In this document: positions 48,596-52,996 of the stretch, one piece after another | Numbering within the stretch: position 1 is the stretch's first letter | Layout: every line of letters starts with the position of its first letter | NCBI GenBank assembly: GCA_036149055.1 | Contig: JAYZQJ010000187.1 | Span: 1-52,996, forward strand | DNA length: 52,996 nucleotides | Direction of reading: 5' to 3' | Source of the DNA: Myxococcota bacterium | GTDB lineage: Bacteria > Myxococcota_A > Polyangia > Polyangiales > Sandaracinaceae | Notes under the pieces: model-generated | Database searches by the model: none | What the model was told of the DNA's origin: nothing | The model's input: only the letters and a program-made list of their open reading frames with translations | Made by a program: the position numbers and the translations under genes

Positions 48596-49486
48596 TCACA
48601 GGCGGACGAGCTCGAGGCCGAGCCCCACGCTCACGCGGGTGCAGGTCTCGGGGTCGGACGCGGAGGGATCGAGGTCGGCGAACGAGGTGAAGATGCCGCG
48701 CAGCGTGTCCTCGATCCCCTCCATGCCCGTCGCGCGCACGCCGGCGGCGGTCAGCGCCTCCACCGAGAGCGCGCCGCCGAGCTCGCCGCGGGCGCGCCCC
48801 TCCGCGTCGGGCGCGCTGATCCCGATCGCGCGGACCTCGAGCTCCCGGAGCGGCAGGAGCCGGACCGCGCCCTCGTCGGCCGGCAGCCCGCTCAGCGTCA
48901 GCGCGCCCGAGGCGCCCCCGCTGGCGAGCTGAAGCGTCGCGCGCGCGAGCACCTCGCCCTCCCCCGTCACGCGCGGCAGCCGGTCGGCGTCGAGCGCGCT
49001 CGGATCGACCTCGAGCGCGAACAGCTCCACCGGGATGCGTCCGTCGGGGTCGGCCTCACCGAAACGCAGCCCGATGGCGAGCCGCCCCTCGTCGAGGGTC
49101 GCGTCCAGGGCGCGCTGGAACTCGTAGCCGTCGCCGAGCAGCTGCTGCCCCGCGGCGATGAGCTCCTGGCCGGAGTTGTCGACGCCGCCGATGCGGGGGT
49201 CGAGGGTCGAGACGAGGTCGGGCGCCGAGTCCTGGCAGGTCGACGACTCCTCGAAGACGCCGTCCCCGGCGTCGAAGCCGTCGACGTCGAGCCCGTGCGC
49301 GGCGGGGCGCTCGCCCCGGGCGAGCGGCGTGGCTGGCTGGAAGAGGAGCCGGGAGACGCGCCACTCGGTGCCCTCGAGGGTGAGGGACGCCTCGGTGGGC
49401 TCGCCGCAGAACACGCAGGCGGGCTCGGCGGCGCAGCCGAGGGAGGTCAGAGCGAGCAGGAGCGCGAGGAGGCGGAGGGTCTGCAT
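48596..49486 (-). CDS. Hypothetical lipoprotein
   Basis: MQTLRLLALLLALTSLG-C lipobox; motifs GLDVDGFD and GGVDN. Confidence 0.75.
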   Translation of the reverse strand: MQTLRLLALLLALTSLGCAAEPACVFCGEPTEASLTLEGTEWRVSRLLFQPATPLARGERPAAHGLDVDGFDAGDGVFEESSTCQDSAPDLVSTLDPRIGGVDNSGQELIAAGQQLLGDGYEFQRALDATLDEGRLAIGLRFGEADPDGRIPVELFALEVDPSALDADRLPRVTGEGEVLARATLQLASGGASGALTLSGLPADEGAVRLLPLRELEVRAIGISAPDAEGRARGELGGALSVEALTAAGVRATGMEGIEDTLRGIFTSFADLDPSASDPETCTRVSVGLGLELVRL

Positions 49487-49579
49487 GCCCCCCGCACAGC
49501 GCAACCACCGTGCCGGCCGGCGCGACCGGGCTTCACCCCCCGAGCCCGTGCCGATGGCACGCCGACCCGTGAAGCGGAT

Positions 49580-50338
49580 TCACGCCTCGCTCAGGAGCCG
49601 GGCGGCCTCGGCGAAGATGTCGGCCAGCTCCTTGTAGAGCAGCTCCCCCTCCGCGGCGGAGGCGTCCGCCGGGTAGCCGAAGTAGGCCCGCGGCCCGCCC
49701 GCCTCGAGGAAGCTCTTCTTCCCGTCCCGGATCGCGACCGAGAGCGAGCTCGGGTTCGGCTCGAGGCCCTCGGCGATGTCCGTCTTGACCAGGAAGGGGT
49801 CGGCCGCGAGCACCAGGCTCGTCTCGTAGCTGCCCGCGTGACAGGCGCCGCTCTTGAACTCGTCGCCCAGGCGGAGCGCGTGGGGCTTGCGGGTCACGTC
49901 GGGGAAGACCGCGCGGGCGCCGCCCTCGTTGGCCTGCGCCGCGCCGTCCTTCAGCGCCTTCAGGTTCCCCGGCTCGAGGTGCGCGTTGCAGATGACGACG
50001 CCCGCGACGCCGGCGCGGTGCGCGCCCAGGATCACGTCGCGCACGAGCGCGGTCGCGGTCTCGAGCGAGATCGAGATGGTGCCGCGGAAGTCGGCGGCGA
50101 ACTCGGTCACCGCGTAGGCCAGCGGGGGCAGCACGACCGCGGAGACGCCCTGCTTGCGGAGCTCCTGGGCCGCCCGGAGCGCCGCGGTCTCGCTGATCAC
50201 GACGTCGGTGGAGAGCGGCAGGTGCGGCCCGTGGGCCTCGGTCGCGCCCGCGGGGAGCAGACCGATGGCGCCCTGCTCGGCGGCCTCGGCGGCCTCCTCG
50301 AAGGTCATCTCCGCGAGCTTCAGCGGGAGTCGGCGCAT
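49580..50338 (-). CDS. Creatininase/MftE family amidohydrolase
   Basis: Motifs GATEAHGPHLPLSTD, FRGTISIS, NAH..GN, HAGSYETS. Confidence 0.92.
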   Translation of the reverse strand: MRRLPLKLAEMTFEEAAEAAEQGAIGLLPAGATEAHGPHLPLSTDVVISETAALRAAQELRKQGVSAVVLPPLAYAVTEFAADFRGTISISLETATALVRDVILGAHRAGVAGVVICNAHLEPGNLKALKDGAAQANEGGARAVFPDVTRKPHALRLGDEFKSGACHAGSYETSLVLAADPFLVKTDIAEGLEPNPSSLSVAIRDGKKSFLEAGGPRAYFGYPADASAAEGELLYKELADIFAEAARLLSEA

Positions 50339-50347
50339 GGCCCCACC

Positions 50348-51913
50348 CTACGCCCCCGCCTCGGCCTCGACGAGGAGCCGCCTCACGACCTTGCCGCGGT
50401 CGTTCCGGGGCAGCGCGTCCACGAAGGCGACGAAGTGCGGGAACTTGTAGCGGGCGAGCGTCGTCTTGGCGTGCTGCTGCAGCGCCGTCACCAGGTCGTC
50501 GTCGCCGACCCGCCCCTCGCGGAGCACGACGAAGGCCTTCGGCACCGTGAGCCCGGCGCCGTCGTCCACCCCGACGATCGCGCACTCCTTCACCGCCTCG
50601 TGGCGGCAGAGGCAGTCCTCCATCTCGAGGGGCGAGACGAACATGCCGCGGACCTTGAGCATGTCGTCGCCGCGGCCGGCGTAGAAGTAGTAGCCGTCCC
50701 TCCGGGTGAACAGATCGGCGCTGACCACCCAGTCGCCGCGGAAGACGGCGTTCGACTTCTCCTGGTCGCGCCAGTAGCAGAGCGCGGCGCTCTCGCCGCG
50801 GATCCAGAGCCGCCCCATCTCGCCGTCGGGCACGTCCTGGTCGTCGGGCCCGACCACGCGCGCCTCGTACCCCGGCACCAGGCGGCCGAGCGAGCCCGGC
50901 TTCACGTCGCCCGGGTAGTTGGTGATGTAGATGTGGAACATCTCCGCCGAGCCGATCCCGTCGAGGATCTCGCAGTGCCCCCAGCGCTCCTGCCAACGCG
51001 CGTAGAGCGCGGGCGGCAGCGCCTCCCCCGCGCTGAGACACATGCGGAGCGAAGACATCTTGCGATCCTCCGCGTCCGGGTGGTCCACCATCTTCCGGAT
51101 CATCGCCGGCACGTTGGTCAGCACCGTGACCCCGTGCGCCTCCACGTGCTCGAAGATGCGCTCGGGCGTGGGCTTGTCGGGGAAGAGCACCGCGGTGCCG
51201 CCGACCGCGAAGGGGAACATCAGGTTGGTGCCCGTCGCGTAGCCGAAGAAGAGGCGCGAGACGCTCACGAAGACGTCGTCCTCGTTCAGCCCGAGCACGC
51301 CCTTGGCGTAGCGCTCGGTGTTGAACGGGAAGTCGCGGTGGAAGTGCACCGCGCCCTTGGGCTTGCCGGTGGTGCCGCTGGTGAAGAGCCACCCCGCGAC
51401 GTCGTCCCGGTGGGTGTCGGCGTTGTCGGTCTCGCTCGAGGCGGCGGCGAGCGCGTCCTCCCAGCGCTCGAAGCCCTCGGTGAGCGGCCCGTCGCCCACC
51501 GCGAGGCGCGCCTTGCAGCGCGGGTGCTTCGCGAGCGCGGGGCCGAGGCGGTCGAGGGTCTGCGTGTCGGCGATGACGGCCCGGGCGCGCGTGTACTCGA
51601 GCAGGTAGTCGAAGTCGGCCTCGTTGAGCAGCGGGTTGGCCATGCAGAAGGTGGCGCCCGCCTTGAGCAGCCCGAAGAAGCCGGCGGCGAACTCCACTCC
51701 GTCGAAGAGCAGGAGGAGCACCCGGTCCTCGAGGTCGATGCCGCGGTCCCGCAGCGCGTGGCTGCACCGATCGGCCATCTCCTGCACCTCGCGGTAGGTC
51801 CAGGCGCGGTCGCCCACCTTCACGGCGACGCGCTCGCCCTTCCCCTCGCGCACCCGCGCGTCGAGGTAGTAGTCGGCCATGTTGAAGCGCTCGGGGAAGG
51901 TCGGCTCGGTCAT
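50348..51913 (-). CDS. Benzoate/aminobenzoate-CoA ligase family adenylate-forming enzyme
   Basis: Motifs FTSGTTGKPKG, LFFGYATG, SAGEALP, DGIGSAEMFHI, GRGDDMLKV, LPRNDRGK. Confidence 0.92.
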   Translation of the reverse strand: MTEPTFPERFNMADYYLDARVREGKGERVAVKVGDRAWTYREVQEMADRCSHALRDRGIDLEDRVLLLLFDGVEFAAGFFGLLKAGATFCMANPLLNEADFDYLLEYTRARAVIADTQTLDRLGPALAKHPRCKARLAVGDGPLTEGFERWEDALAAASSETDNADTHRDDVAGWLFTSGTTGKPKGAVHFHRDFPFNTERYAKGVLGLNEDDVFVSVSRLFFGYATGTNLMFPFAVGGTAVLFPDKPTPERIFEHVEAHGVTVLTNVPAMIRKMVDHPDAEDRKMSSLRMCLSAGEALPPALYARWQERWGHCEILDGIGSAEMFHIYITNYPGDVKPGSLGRLVPGYEARVVGPDDQDVPDGEMGRLWIRGESAALCYWRDQEKSNAVFRGDWVVSADLFTRRDGYYFYAGRGDDMLKVRGMFVSPLEMEDCLCRHEAVKECAIVGVDDGAGLTVPKAFVVLREGRVGDDDLVTALQQHAKTTLARYKFPHFVAFVDALPRNDRGKVVRRLLVEAEAGA

Positions 51914-51958
51914 CGGCCCGAGGCTACAACGGACGGGCGGCCTTCATCGACCGGCGAG

Positions 51959-52882
51959 TCAGCGGCAGACCTGGGTGCCCATGCCCATCGACGCCACGCA
52001 CGTGCCGCCGCTCGCGCTCGAGCAGTAGACGTAGGCCCGCCGCTCGCCGCAGGGCGCGACGGCCCCGACCCAGCCCGACTGATCGCCGCACGGGCCCATG
52101 GCGCTCGAGCAGGCGGAGAAGACGTTGGTGAAGCGGGGCTCCTCGGCGCCGTCGCAGCTCCAGTCGAAGCTGCCGGTGCCGTCTCCACGAGGCTCCACGA
52201 AGTACGTGAGCTGCCCGGGCCGCGCGAGCTGGGGCCCCGGGATGCCGCTCCCCGGGGCCGTGCGCGGTCCATCCCAGCAGTCGGCCGTGTCGAGGACCCA
52301 GCCGTCCGGGCAGGTGCCGTCGCAGAAGGTCGCGGCGCGGGTCGGGTCGCCGAAGCCGTCTTCGTCCTCGTCCTGCGCGCAGAGCGTGCCGGCGCCTTCG
52401 TCGACGTTCCCGTCGCAGTCCTGGTCGAGACCGTCGCAGAGCTCCTCGAGCGGCTCGTAGACGCACCCGAGGGCGGCGTCGCAGCCGACGAGGCGCTCGC
52501 ACTCCGCCGGCTCGGCGCAGACGATGGCGCTCGGCACGCAGACGTGGGCGGCGACGTCGCACGTGCTCTGGGTGCAGGCGTCGGACGGGCCGCAGTCCGC
52601 GTCGTCCGCGCAGGTGAAGCGGCACTCCCCGGTGCACCCGTCGCCGTCGAAGTCGTTGGCGTCGTCGCAGTCCTCGCCCGGATCGACGACGCCGTCGCCG
52701 CACACCGAGGTCCCCGCGTCGTCCGAGCCCGCGTCGTCCGAGCCCGCGTCGCCCGAGCCCGCGTCGGCCGAGGCGGCGTCCATGCGCACCGCCGCGTCGG
52801 GCACGGGGTCGGGCGGATCGATGTCGAGGGTGAGCCCACACCCGGTCAGGAGGCAGAGCGCGGGCATCCAACGTCGCAGCAT
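51959..52882 (-). CDS. Cys-rich lipoprotein with a myxococcal CGDG repeat and a MopE-like repeat
   Basis: LLTG-C lipobox; DAG-rich linker; motifs CGDGVVDPGEDCDD and ELCDGLDQDCDGNVDEG. Confidence 0.85.
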   Translation of the reverse strand: MLRRWMPALCLLTGCGLTLDIDPPDPVPDAAVRMDAASADAGSGDAGSDDAGSDDAGTSVCGDGVVDPGEDCDDANDFDGDGCTGECRFTCADDADCGPSDACTQSTCDVAAHVCVPSAIVCAEPAECERLVGCDAALGCVYEPLEELCDGLDQDCDGNVDEGAGTLCAQDEDEDGFGDPTRAATFCDGTCPDGWVLDTADCWDGPRTAPGSGIPGPQLARPGQLTYFVEPRGDGTGSFDWSCDGAEEPRFTNVFSACSSAMGPCGDQSGWVGAVAPCGERRAYVYCSSASGGTCVASMGMGTQVCR

Positions 52883-52996
52883 TCCGCTACAGGCTAGCAG
52901 CGCGCGGCGAACATGCGCGTGATGGATCGGCGAGCGCGACGTCGCGTCCAGCGCGGCGGGCCGACGACGAAATGCTTCAGCATTTCGGAGGAGCGA

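Noticed and set aside
49580..50338. Mycofactocin (MftE) or other RiPP cluster
   Set aside because: No precursor peptide, radical SAM or RRE gene is nearby.
52914..52996. Start of a plus-strand gene at the window edge
   Set aside because: Too short and truncated to support a call.

Overview
A very GC-rich chromosomal window with a myxobacterial (Myxococcota, probably Polyangia/Sandaracinaceae-like) gene repertoire; the taxon is inferred from a MYXO-CTERM motif, Cys-rich lipoproteins and CDGxxDEG repeats. It holds about 40 protein-coding genes. Housekeeping and catabolic genes include trmL, a FadN/FadA-type beta-oxidation pair, a 2-oxoacid dehydrogenase E1-alpha, lpdA, lipB, an acyl-CoA dehydrogenase pair, an aryl-CoA ligase next to a creatininase-family gene, an IMPase/HisN-like gene and a Ser/Thr kinase. 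These are interspersed with about 13 predicted lipoproteins and two related M23 peptidases. I found no rRNA, tRNA, CRISPR or transposase. The strongest novelty candidate is the 1801-aa ORF at 8589-13994, which looks like a two-in-one surface polyprotein. It reads: Sec signal, DUF4114-like head, Cys-rich stalk, an INTERNAL MYXO-CTERM sorting signal, then in the same frame and with no stop a second, lipoprotein-type signal (LGG-C882), another Cys-rich stalk and an Asp-box beta-propeller. The long intergenic regions are mosaics of shared repeat modules. One is a ~50% GC array of palindromes phased at 41-42 bp, and another module also occurs in frame inside a gene. All family assignments come from motifs recognised by eye; no database search was run.
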